In this document: positions 42,501-54,394 of the stretch, in pieces
Numbering within the stretch: position 1 is the stretch's first letter
Layout: each line of letters begins with the position of its first letter
Source of the DNA: Psilocybe cubensis
Taxonomy: Eukaryota
Assembly (NCBI GenBank): GCA_017499595.2
Contig: CM039000.1
Location: forward strand, 2,976,001-3,040,000
DNA: 64,000 bases
Direction of reading: 5' to 3'
Translations under genes and position numbers: made by a program
Notes under the pieces: model-generated
What the model was told of the DNA's origin: nothing
Database searches by the model: none
What the model saw: the letters and a program-made list of their open reading frames with translations, nothing else

Positions 42501-42732
42501 AGACCATCTGAATGCTACCTACTATGCTATGCGGAACGTCTGTAAGTTCTATTTTACTTGTTCTTTCATTTTGCGACTGGGTCTAATTGGCATTTCTATG
42601 ACTTTCTCAGCTTTCGCTAATCTTGATGGATTTGCGAGCGCACAATTCACCGTCAAGGCTGGACAAAATAGACTCTCACGACCAGTCGCTGGTGGATCTG
42701 TCAACGCGGGCGTGTTGAAGTCCCAATTATAG
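39555..42732 (+). CDS. Secreted PhoD-type alkaline phosphatase/phosphodiesterase, highly fragmented gene
   Basis: Signal peptide MRLLAFAHIICLSVNLISA; FTHSVASGDP, HLGDYIYE, WDDHEVADN, MLDTRQY, DAWDGY, LSGDSHANW, GVEFAGTAVTS. Confidence 0.92.
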
Positions 42733-45470
42733 AAATTCAATTTGCAGTTTTGAGAGGTTTACCACTCCTTTTTTGCTATGACACCATTGTCGCGTATTGG
42801 TATATCATTATGGATATCTTGTCTCTATGAAAAATTATACTCCGAATCCGACCTCTTTCCCTTGTAGCTAAGATGTGTTACAACACGGTTTGAATACATC
42901 CATTTTGTTTGACTGTTCTAAACGAACAAGTTTACGTTTTTTTGACTCGTTTCGAATTTTGCGCCTCAATTATTTTGCCTCAAAGAATGTCTGAAAGAAG
43001 TTGTATAATTGCTCAGCGTCTGGTGTATGTAAGGAGGGGTAGAGTACCCATGTGGGTACGGTGAGCGTCCGGGAGAAGATCGACAACGGGGCCAAGAACT
43101 GTAAACAGTGAGCAGAGATTTGAACGGACGGCAAGATAATCACGGACGAAAACTTCGCATTGACGGTGGGAGGCGCTGCACGGCTAATTCAGTGACAAGT
43201 CCAGTCCAATCTCAGTATGGAGGTGGAGGTTATCCCCAAATGGAGGTACGTGGCTGAGGTGACACCCACAAGCAAAACAGCTGCGCAGCAGAACCAATTG
43301 AAGACCTTTCAACACATTTCAAGGAATCGTGTCACCGTGCATGAGCTATGGTAATTAATTTGGGCACCAAGCAGTCGGCACGGCACGCAGGCTTCAATGG
43401 CTATATTTAACTAGGAATGGCTGCATGACAGTCCGCGTTTGCTGCCGGAAAGTCCTACTCGGGTACTAGGTTTTCTCCGAAATGTTAATTCTGAGAACTT
43501 CAAGTTGAAGAATACTGATACATACGTACATAGCAGGTAAATTTCTAGAAACATGAGAGAACTTTGCATAACTTTTTGCATTCGGCATGACTACATCTTT
43601 GTTCTATCTTTTTTTGGTGGATCAGTACTATCGCATCCATCAAGGCTCCTAAGTGTCAAATCCATCCTTCAAGAAGCGATATGCATCAGCTTTGAAATTT
43701 GGTAAATAATTGGAAGAAAAAAAACGAATATATACTAGCTCCATACCCTTCAAAATCAATACCAGTGTCTTTATTTTTTATCTGCTTTGGGTGGTTGACC
43801 CTGGGTTGACCTAATCTACTTAAAACATTGAGGTGCCTTGTACCACATTTGCAGCATTCATTCGTCAAGTCAATGCCGATGCCGCACGGATCAAAATTCC
43901 TGATAACAATCCAGGAAATTGCCGATACAAAGGACTTTAACTCAGAGTGCTGGATTCCACTAGTATCCCTGTATGCTGATATCGGGTACGGAGGTTTGAT
44001 TCATCATAGCAGGTTTTTCCAGGTCTTTCCATGTAGATCTAAAAAAACCGGCTGATTACACCATCAAGATGAAAATCTGGACGAGACGATTTGGTGCAGT
44101 GGATATACGGCAAATACTTTACCGAGCATACTGTACCGACACTGATGCACAGTTTCGCACTCAATAGTATCCAGCACAGAGCGTTCAGATGAATAATACT
44201 AGGAAGCCAAGCTATTTTAAAACTCGTAAAATGCTAACTCTGCCGTCATGTTTGGCTAATTAAAGCTTGGGGTGGATGTGTCATGCCGCGGAACTTGGTC
44301 ATTAAACGCATCGGGCATCCCAGTGCGTGCCCGAGAAGCCTTACCCTGAGCGTAGTCGACGGCAGGTTAGCGGTTAAGCGCCAACTCATACTTGTATGAG
44401 ATGAGAAATCACTCCCCTCGTGAACTGTCTCAATTCACATGGACTATGTTGCATTACCAATGAACGCCAGTCTGTTGTGCGCAATGTGCAATCGAGAGAG
44501 AAAATTACCCCGATTGGAAAAAATTCAACTCAATCTATCTCACTGGGGCACAAAAGTCACTCAAAGTCGATCGGCAGCCGCTTTGATAATATTAAAATGA
44601 GGTAAATCACTCGGATTCGACTTATTCCAACCGCTATCTTTTACGCCAGGCACATTCAGCACCCTCACAACTTGGAAGAGCCAACAATCAAATCATGTGA
44701 ACCAGACGCCAAAAAAAACCAGTTGAAGCAAGATCACTGCTCCTCCCTATCCGCGTAAATTGATATGATGGCCTGCCTCCGAATCCCAAGGCTCTTCTAA
44801 CTTAACCCGCCCATTAGCAAGCTACTACCCCACGGGATCCATTCGGAATTCTCCATCCGATTTCAGTCAGACTCGTTTATTCTATGCTTGCCAACCGTAT
44901 TCACACCGCGTGAACGGGTTTCGACGGCTAGACAATAGTCTTGGTTCAAAATTTCAAATACTCTCTCGTCAGCGCTTAATTGTATGTGTGTACTTGTAAC
45001 TCCAATCTATGCCCAAATGATACCTTGCATAGTGTTTTTATTTTTACGAAGGCAACATCAAGCCACGGTGTTATGCATTGTTCACTTCTAATTATGGACA
45101 CTGTCGATCTATATTTGGTTCTTGTCGTTTTGATGGAAAGATTTTGTCAAGAGACTAGAAATCTGAAAATTCAAATTTAGGTGTAGTAGTTCGGATGAGT
45201 GCGGCGAAGATTACCACATCCTAGTAGAGCCTTCTATGCCTCAGTGTCGTACATATATGTATTTTTCAATGGTCGAATAGTTTCATTCCAATCCAGTGAT
45301 GACTTCGGCCGACTCTTGCCTTTTCCAACTTGATTTCCAACGAGTCAACATAACGTTCTTTCTACAAATTCTAGTCAATGGGTGAAATTTCGACGTGATG
45401 TGATATCTGGAACACTATCACCTTCCATTCATGCCATTATCTGAGCTGATTCTCCGTCGAGTCAGTAGCC

Positions 45471-45651
45471 TGCCTTTTGAATTTCAATTCTGTAAGGTTA
45501 GCCCAGTTTCGCATAGCATTTCAAACGTTCGTAGGTGATCATAGTGTTCCCACCAGTGGTTGAAGATGTCTGATGAGTGTTTTCATACCAAACTGAAGCA
45601 TCATGTTTCCCTGACTCCTGAGTAACCAACTTGCCTTTTGAATTTCAATTC
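45471..45651. repeat. Direct repeat pair with an exact 20-bp core, 161 bp apart
   Basis: TGCCTTTTGAATTTCAATTC at 45471-45490 and 45632-45651, with weaker similarity in the flanks. Confidence 0.8.
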
Positions 45652-46458
45652 CACAACGTTAGATTCCTGACCAACTTTGCTAATAACTTTTGCTTATTAG
45701 CTTTTCGAAATCTCCGTCCAATGTGCATGGTTTTTTGATTAGGCATTCACATAACATCTCTTTCCAGTCAATAATCAACCGTGATCACTTAACGACTCGG
45801 AAACAGCTTCATTCCATTCCAGAATCATTGAACCTGATCACAGTCCGCCGAAAAAGTAACTCGCCTCCCCAAAATTCAATTCAACATAATCAATATCTTG
45901 TCTTCTCAATAGGTGAAAAGAGTTTGACTGTTTCACCGATAGCAAGTAGCTTGCTTTCATTAAATGAAATTACAAATGACATTACATTCAATCCTATAAG
46001 TGGTGTTCCGTAGTTTGCCATTTGAATATCCCTAACATGAAGAGCTGCATTTCAATCTGTCAGCTAGAACCAAGAATCCGTCTGATACTGAATACCACTA
46101 GCACTACTTACAAGTTTCAACCCCATAAACGAAACAAACCAAGTCGATCAATCTTCCCATTCAACGAGCGCCATAACACAACTCCCAAAAGGCAAGTTAT
46201 CAACTCATATCCATATCCATATCCAGCATCACACCAAACAAGATTCGAAATCAAAATTAATTGAATTCAAAAAAAAGATCCAGTACTATATACAAGTCTC
46301 AAACCGTGATATTACAAGCAAAAAAGAGAGGTAAAAAAAAGAGAAACAGAAAAAAAAAAGATGCGTCAAGAGAAATATGGATTGCGAAGGGATCTAGTTA
46401 TCATTACATTGGCGTCATTATTTTTGTGCAGCGTAAGATGTGAATGTGAATCTGTGAA

Positions 46459-46480
46459 TGTGTGTGTGTGTGTGTGTGTG
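46459..46480. repeat. (TG)11 microsatellite in the Hsp70 3' region
   Basis: Direct read of the sequence. Confidence 0.9.
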
Positions 46481-46554
46481 GTAGCGAGGCGACGAGGCGT
46501 GCGATGCAAAAAGAAAAAGATGACGAGGCGAGGAGAAGAAATAAAGAAAGGCGA

Positions 46555-48800
46555 TTAGTCAACCTCCTCCACGCTGGGTCCGTCCTCAGAGGCTCCGGGG
46601 AATCCACCAGGAGCACCTCCGGGAGCACCGCCAGGGAATCCGCCTGGGGCACCACCAGCTGCACCGTAGAGTTTCTGCATGATGGGGCTAGAAGAAAAAA
46701 AAGAAACATCAGCACTATGATCAAGAAAGCAAAGGGCGAAAAGAAACATACTTGGCAATAGCTTCCAACTCCTTCTGCTTCTCCTCGTACTCCTCCTTGG
46801 ATCCCTCCTGGGAGGCGTCGAGCCATGAGATGGTCTCGTTGACGGCAGTCTCGAGCTTGGTCTTGTCAGCAGGCTCGAACTTGCCAGCGAGCTTCTCGTC
46901 AGTGATCGAGTTGCGGAGGTTGTAGGCGTAGGACTCGAGAGCGTTCTTGGCAGTGATGCGGGCAGCAGCGGCCTCATCCTCAGCTAGAAGAAGAAGAAAG
47001 TCAGAATCAAGACCAATCAACTAGGTCAAAGAAAGGACATACCCTTGTACTTCTCGGCCTCCTCAACCATGCGCTCAATCTCCTCCTTGGAGAGACGGCC
47101 CTTGTCGTTGGTGATGGTGATGCGGTTCGACTTGCCGGTGGTCTTGTCGGACGCAGAGACGTTCAAGATACCGTTAGCATCAATGTCAAAGGTGACCTCG
47201 ATCTGGGGTACACCACGGGGTGCAGGGGGGATACCAGAGAGCTCGAACTTGCCGAGCAAGTTGTTGTCCTTGGTGCGCGCACGCTCACCCTCGTACACCT
47301 GGATAAGCACACCGGGCTGGTTGTCGGAGTAGGTGGAGAAGATCTCAGACTTCTTGGTGGGGACGGTGGTGTTGCGCTTGATGAGGGCGGTCATGACACC
47401 ACCAGCGGTCTCGATACCGAGGGAGAGAGGGGAGACATCGAGGAGCAGGAGATCCTGGGTCTTCTCAGAGGTGTCACCGGAAAGAATGGCGGCCTGGACA
47501 GCGGCACCGTAGGCGACGGCCTCGTCGGGGTTGATGCTCTTGTTGGGCTCCTTGCCGTTGAAAAAGTCAGAGACGAGCTTGACGATACGGGGGATACGGG
47601 TGGATCCACCGACGAGGACGATCTCGTGCACGTTGGACTTGTCGATCTTGGAGTCGCGGAGGACCTTCTCGACGGGCTCGAGGGTGCTGCGGAAGAGGTC
47701 CTGGCAGAGTTCCTCGAAGCGAGCACGGGTGAGGGAGGTGTAGAAGTCGATACCCTCGAAGAGAGAGTCGATTTCGATGGAGGTCTGGGTGGCGGAGGAG
47801 AGGGTACGCTTGGCACGCTCGCAGGCGGTGCGGAGACGGCGGACAGCACGGGGGTTGGAAGAGAGATCCTTCTTGTTCTTGCGCTTGAACTCCTGGATGA
47901 AGTGGTTGACGAGACGGTTGTCAAAGTCCTCACCACCAAGATGGGTGTCACCGGCGGTGGCCTTGACCTCGAAGATACCCTCCTCGATGGTCAAGAGAGA
48001 CACATCGAAGGTTCCTCCTCCGAGATCGAAGATGAGGACGTTGCGCTCGCCGACGACCTTCTTGTCGAGACCGTAGGCAATGGCGGCGGCGGTGGGCTCG
48101 TTGATGATACGGAGAACATTCATGCCAGAGATGGTTCCGGCATCCTTGGTAGCCTGACGCTGGGAGTCGTTGAAGTAGGCGGGGACAGTGACGACGGCGT
48201 TGGTGACGGTGGTTCCGAGGTAAGCCTCGGCGGTCTCCTTCATCTTGAGAAGAATCATGGAAGAAATTTCCTCAGGGGACTATAAAAGGCAACAAGTTAG
48301 CCAAAGTTGACACACAGCCGAGGGAGGGGGGAAACAACTTACGAATTCCTTCTGCTCGCCACGGTACTCGACACGGACGTAGGGCTTGCCCTCCTTGCTG
48401 AAGACGGTGAAGGGGAAGTGCTTCACATCAGACTGCACCTCGGGGTCGTCAAACTTGCGACCAATAAGACGCTTAGCATCAAAGACACTGCAAAAAAAGA
48501 CAATTTAGAACTCTACTCAAAAAGACAAGAAACCAAAAAGGACATACGTGTTGTGGGGGTTCATGGCGACCTGATTTTTGGCAGCATCGCCAATCAGACG
48601 CTCGTTGTCGGAGAAGGAGACATAAGAGGGCGTCGTTCGGTTTCCTTGGTCGTTGGCGATGATCTCAACACGATCGTTTTGCCAGACACCCACACATCTA
48701 AAAAGTAAAAGTCAGCAATCGTCATCGCGCACAATTATGAAAAAATTACGTACGAGTAGGTTGTTCCAAGATCAATGCCGATAGCTTTTGAGGTAGACAT
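46555..48800 (-). CDS. HSP70: Cytosolic Hsp70 (SSA-type)
   Basis: [48 protein letters not shown] repeats, C-terminal GPSVEEVD; strong codon bias. Confidence 0.99.
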
Positions 48801-48937
48801 TGCGTATTAAGGTCTAGAGTAGAAGATGAATATAAAAAAATACGCGAGAGTTGTTTTGGAGAGGAGAGGTAACGAACTTGAAGTGGGTATTTGAGAGTCG
48901 AGGAAATTTGTGCAGAACTGGGAGCCATCTGTTCCAC

Positions 48938-49013
48938 ATTTTATATATTCTCTCCCTTTGGAACACACCAGAAACCTTGCGAATCCTCTGGAACCTCTTA
49001 GAAATCACGTGAC
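48938..49013 (-). promoter_or_regulatory. Hsp70 promoter: TATA box, heat-shock-element array and GTCACGTG E-box
   Basis: TATATAAAA on the minus strand at ~48939-48947; GAA at 48961, 48971, 48981, 48991 and 49001; CACGTGAC at 49006-49013. Confidence 0.7.
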
Positions 49014-49534
49014 TCGATATTGGTGACTGTACCTTTTGCGTCATTTCCTCTTTTGGCAATTTGCAGTGCATCATGGCTTGCTGTGCTCGATTCGCATCAG
49101 TTCCAGGTCTTTCTTCATCAGTCTTTTTCATCTTTCAACTTGACTGACATTCCTCAAGAAAGCAATAGATCCCGTTGGAAGGTGCTAGATAAACTTATCG
49201 CGAATCCGCGTTTAATCCTCATGTTATCGGAAGATATGCTATGATCCATTATGCATGCATGCAGCGCTAAAGAAAAAGAGAGAAAAACAACAACAACAAC
49301 AGAAGAACCGAGCAGATAGAATTAAAGGGGAAAGGAAAAAAACAACACCACAGTAAGGTCCATGGAAAAAAAAATATAACGCGTGTCAATTTGAGTACAA
49401 CTATCGTATCGTGTTCAGGAGATCATCATCACTTCCACTAACGAGTTCTCGATTCTCCGTTTGTCTGTTAAAAAAAGGGGTAAAAAGAAACAGGAGACAA
49501 GCAGCGCGTATGAGTTGGGTTAAGCTTGATAAAA

Positions 49535-52060
49535 TCAGCGAGGCCTTTGGAGTACAGGCGTGTCTAAACTTCGGTGAGCCTCTAGATCTTGCAATACAGT
49601 CGGGTCGACTGTGATAGTATCAAATCGGGGAGGGATACAATGAGGTGAACATGTCGTGAGCAAAGTGAAACACAAATACCTGGAAGGACGCTCCTTCGGC
49701 GCACGTGCAGGCTCTCAGACGCGTGTTCATGGTTGCCTACTTGAGGTAGAGGCCTCTAAAAACAAAAAGACGGAAAAGAAAAGAGAGAGAGAGAAAGAGA
49801 GAACGAAAATGTTATAATCCAATATCTACAATCTGGTGAGATCAGTCATCGACGTACGTCCAACCCGGGATCGGCCATCGGAACCCTCTCAAGACCTGTC
49901 TCATCCAGATCACCCGGTACATCATCGATAGACGCGGCATTCAGTTCGAGCGAGAGGTCCAAAATATCGGCATCGTCGACTGTGGACATGGGTGGAGGGG
50001 GCGCCCGATATGGCTCCACATATCCTTCCGGCATCTTGTGCCCAGGCGCATTTTGAAGGGCCTTTTCACGCAGTTTCTGCCAGGCATTATACTGACTGAT
50101 GGCGTGTTCTTGTTCCCTGCAAAGATGTTGAGCATAATTTTTTCAAGGATGGTTCGAAAAAAGGGCATACTCGATCTTATTTTGCTTGTACTGGTGCATT
50201 GCTTCATCGAAAAGATCGGGATTGATCTCCATGAATAGTTTCAGCGCATTGTACACCATGCCATGGATCGTCCTGTTAATAATTCAGTTAGCCAGTGTAC
50301 CACATGTGGTTATATGCAACGATGGTTACCGATTCCAATGTGACTTTGAGTTTGTATAGAGTGCTGGGAAAACAATCGGAAGAATTACGGAAAGGTTGTC
50401 ACTCATCAGGTTGACAACATATTCGTTGTTCCAGTAGAGTAGTGCACGTTCAGCGACTTGGAAGTGCTGGCTGTTGATGCATCGTGCTAGCTGGTGGAAC
50501 AGGGGGACCTGAATTTTCTGGAATTCGACAGGATCTGTGACGTCGAGAACTTCCTCGACTTCGTGAAGGAACATGACCTCCTTGGGCGAGTTGACCTTTG
50601 GCCAGTACTTGAGGAGACCGAGCATGACGTCTTCTGCAAGTGTGGGATCCTTTTCGAGGAACTGGACGACACAGTATGCCAACTGTGGGTGGTAGAGAGA
50701 CAAGCTCTTGACCTTGTGGAGTGGGATGAGTACTCTTGTAAGGAAAGTCTTGTGTTCTTCTTTCAAGGGCAGGGCGAAACCGTTGATGATGGAACCGAGA
50801 ATCTCGAGGAGTTCGGCAATGCCATTATGGCGTTCTGTCTCGTAGACAAACTGGAAAAAGACATTATTCATGGAACGACGGATGAACGCGCGAAGATTAA
50901 GGAATTTTCCATAGATACGATGGAGAGTGGTCTTTAGAAAGTCACGCTCTCGGGGGTCCTCTGAGTCGAATAGCTCGAGAAGGTTGAGGACAAAGGATTG
51001 ATCGATGTATCGTTTAGCCATGTTAGTGTTAAAGTCTGCGCTTTCGACGAATCTAAGGAAGAATTCATAGACGATCTGTAGATGTGGCCATGCGAGTTCG
51101 AGGACAGGCTCGTCCTCTTCAGGATCAAAAGCATCTCCGATAGGATTGACGGGAGGGGGTATGGAGCGAAAGAGATTAGTGGCAAACTAGATAAAGAATG
51201 AGAGAGGAAGAGATGAAAGAGAGAAAAAAGAGAGACAGACCATGCTCACGACCTCGGGGTATACATTCTCAGTGATGACACCACGTTGGGTGGTAATATA
51301 TTCGAGCATTTCATGGAGAGTCTGAGCCTTGATCTGCTTGCCCTTGAGCTCTGCACTTGCATCGTTAAAGTCGAAAAGGACGCGGCACTGGTGGAGCTTC
51401 TTGATAAAGAGCTGGGGACGCTCGCTGGGAGGGGTCTCTGATGAAAGAATGGAATAAGAAAGGAACGATCAGAGAGGTAAATGGGACGGACCCATGAAGG
51501 GAGGGAGACGCTCGATCTCGACCTTTTCAGTGACTACGAAGCGACTGCTGCGCTGCTTGCGAGGGGGCTTGCCGACGATGGGGATGGTGTCCTTTGGGCC
51601 TGGACGGAGACGATTGAGGGCAGAAGTGCGGGGGACATTGCCATTGAGATCGAGACCGCCAGTAGAGGGCCGGTCCTGGGAGCGATCTGGGGGCGCATCT
51701 GGACTGACGACGACGATAGGGGGCGGAGTTGGAGACGAGTTCTGGTGTGAGCGGCGCTGCTGATCGTAGGGCTGCTGTGAGGAAGAGCGGGGAGCGGAGG
51801 AGGAGGAATGAGGCGGGAGGTTGGTTGGTTGGGACTTTGTGGTGTTGGGGGGCGGGGTCGGCGGGGTTGTTGTTGAAGTTGCAGGGGCGGGGGCGGGAGG
51901 CGGTGCTTGTGGGAGGAAAGAGACGGGGTTTCTGGGCTGGTCTTTCTTGGAGGAAGCGGAGTCTGTGGAACTCTTGCGGGAGAGCTGTGGGAGAGATTGG
52001 CGGGTGGAGGGGCAGAGCGCAGACAGGACTCACATTGAACGACTTTTTGAGATTTTTCAT
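49535..52060 (-). CDS. RTS1: Protein phosphatase 2A regulatory subunit B' (B56)
   Basis: [33 protein letters not shown]; spliced C-terminus [26 protein letters not shown]. Confidence 0.95.
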
Positions 52061-52169
52061 GGCGCGTATTAATGGAGGCTGGTTGAATCGATAAACAAGT
52101 GGGATGGGTGGTGTGACGCGTGACGTTGAGTGTTATTAGTGTACTGTCAACACCAGTCTCTCTCTTTCC

Positions 52170-53683
52170 ATGGCTGGTATGTCCTCCTTTCTTGCCTGCC
52201 CTGCCCACTGCTCACCATTCCCCAGCGATATACGCCGTGTACACCTCCCCGTCACACCCGCCCATCCCCAACCATCTCCCCACTCTCATTGTCACGCCCC
52301 ACGGTCCGTCTTTCTCTGCTACTCACTGAACTGAGCTGACCTCTCTCTAGGCCAGCCCTCGAACATCCTCTACTCGTATCTCCACACAAACTATGTCAGT
52401 CCTTGTCTTTATCCCGCTGACTAATCTCACCCCCTCCCTAGAACACAGAAAACTATCTCCTAACACCCTCGCCCCAAGGCGATCTCTGCGTCGCCAAGCT
52501 CTTCCCGCCCCGCCCCCGCGAGCCAGGCAAGGCCTCTGCCTCAGATCCCGGCCACTCCTCCCCCTCGGCCTCCCGCGTCGTCCGCTGCGAGGCCTCCCGC
52601 AATCTCAAGTGGTCCATCGCAAACACCGGCGTCATCTCCCCCATATACAAGCTCTCTCTCCCCTCCCCGGATTCCCCAGATCTCCCCCTTTTCCAGGTCT
52701 CAAAGCCAAATCCAAATGCCGCCTTTTGGAGCATGTTCTACTTTGCCTATGCCGGCCACAACATCCCTCCAAAGCGCATAGAGTTTGGCAAGATCCAGAA
52801 GAATCCACCCGGTCCCAATGGCGGCGGCACCCGTATCAGTATCACTGGAAAGACTCCAGAGGAAAAGGCCGTTTGGCAGACCCTCGGTGAGGGCAACGAA
52901 GACTGCGTCGAGTGGGTCGTCCTCTGCGCCGCCCTCAACCTCCTCGAGTGAGTCCGTTTCCATTCACTACGCACACATCCCGTCAACTTGACATTTTTTT
53001 TCTCTTCACATAGCGACGAGATTATGAAGGCTGCTGAAAAGAATCCTCCCCCGCCCTCGGGCCCCAATCCCCGTTCTGCGCCTGTATCCCTGCGCGATCC
53101 CGGTCCGGCAGGCGGCGCTCCTCCTCCTCCTGCTGGTCGCCCAGGTCCTGGTCCAGGGCCAGGTCCAGCGCCCGGTCAAGGTCCCCCGCCGCCAGGCCAA
53201 CAACAGCGTCCCCCGCCCCCGCCCAACGCCGGCCCTGGTCCAGGCCCCCGCCCTCCCGGTCCTCCAGGCAACTACGCGCCCCCGCCCCGCGGTTTCCCTC
53301 CCGGCCAGGGTCCCCCGCCCGCTGGATACGGTCCCCCAGGCCAAGGCCCGCCCCCGCCAGGAGCATACGGTCCACCAGGCGGTCAAGGTCCTCCTCCCCC
53401 AGGCTTCCGTCCCCCGCCTCCTGGTCAAGGTCCCCCAGGCGGGTTTGGCCCCCCAGGCCAGGGTCCTCCTCCCCCAGCTGGCTATGGGCCTCCAGGTGGT
53501 CCTGGGCCCTATGGTCCTCCTCCCCCAGGCATGGGTCCTGGCCCTGGTGGCCGCCCTGGTCCCGGTCCCGGTCCTGGCGGCCCACCACCCCCAGGCGCAT
53601 ACGGCGGTCGCCCTCCTCCCCCGCCCAACGCTATTCCCCCCGGCCAGCAGGGCCCACCACCCCAACAAATCCGCCGGTTCTAG
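52170..53683 (+). CDS. Uncharacterised protein with a globular N-terminal domain and a long Pro/Gly-rich tail
   Basis: MA|AIYAVYTSP..|GQPSNILYSYLHTNY|NTENYLL..FYFAYAGHNIPPKRIEFG..VEWVVLCAALNLL|DDEI followed by GxPPGQGPPP repeats. Confidence 0.8.
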
Positions 53684-54394
53684 TCATTCCCCTTGCATTC
53701 CTATCCCTGCTGGTGACAGTGCTTTGTCTCTCTGCCTCTGCCTCTACCTTTATTTTCTTCCTCCTTTTTTTCTACCACCCAAATTCCCAGAGGGCATCGT
53801 TGTATACCCACCCACCCACCCACGTACTGTAGCATTTTTCTGTGTTTGTGTTTGTGTTTCTGTTTTTTTCTTTTTCCCGTTCATGCCAGATCAATACTTA
53901 TGACGCCCAAATGTTGTTGTTGCTGCTGCTGTTGGCTCCTTTAAGGAACTTTGTCTTTATATTTATGTTTACGACACCCCATTCCCCTTTTATCTCCCTC
54001 TCTCTCTCTCTCTACTATGTGTCCGGTTCCGGTTGACCTTGCGTTCCACGTCCGTCATCCTTTTTTTTCTTTCTTTCTTTTGGGAAATCTCAATGGTCCT
54101 CTGTATTAGGATTGATAAAATACAAAAAGCAACCCAAATAAAAAATCAAACTGTTGTAAAAACAAAAAAGCAAAAGCAAAGCATTGCATTTCCATGCCAT
54201 TTTTTATACATCTTTTTGGGTACGTAGGATTCGTGATAAAAAATGTGGTTTATATACACAGCACCACTCTCTATATACACCCTGTACACTGTCCTATCCA
54301 CACAAACAATGTACCTTTTTTCATCGTCGCCCTCTCAAATTTTCCATCCGTTGGGTATAGAGGCCTGGTATATAGGATTTGGCGTTGTACGCGA

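Noticed and set aside
42718-42732. PhoD C-terminal SQL resembling a PTS1 signal
   Set aside because: The protein has an N-terminal signal peptide, so secretion is more likely.
44355-44420. tRNA-like AGCGGTTAAGCG D-loop resemblance
   Set aside because: No GTTCRA T-loop or acceptor stem.
47045-48708. Long antisense ORFs over Hsp70 (e.g. 47626-48285)
   Set aside because: Known by-product of strong codon bias in Hsp70 genes; no independent evidence.
53006-53668. Antisense and alternative-frame ORFs over the Pro/Gly repeat
   Set aside because: GC-rich low-complexity sequence lacks stop codons in all frames.
53030-53683. Repeat protein as a RiPP (KEX2-processed) precursor
   Set aside because: No signal peptide, no KR/RR cleavage sites between repeats and no adjacent tailoring enzymes.
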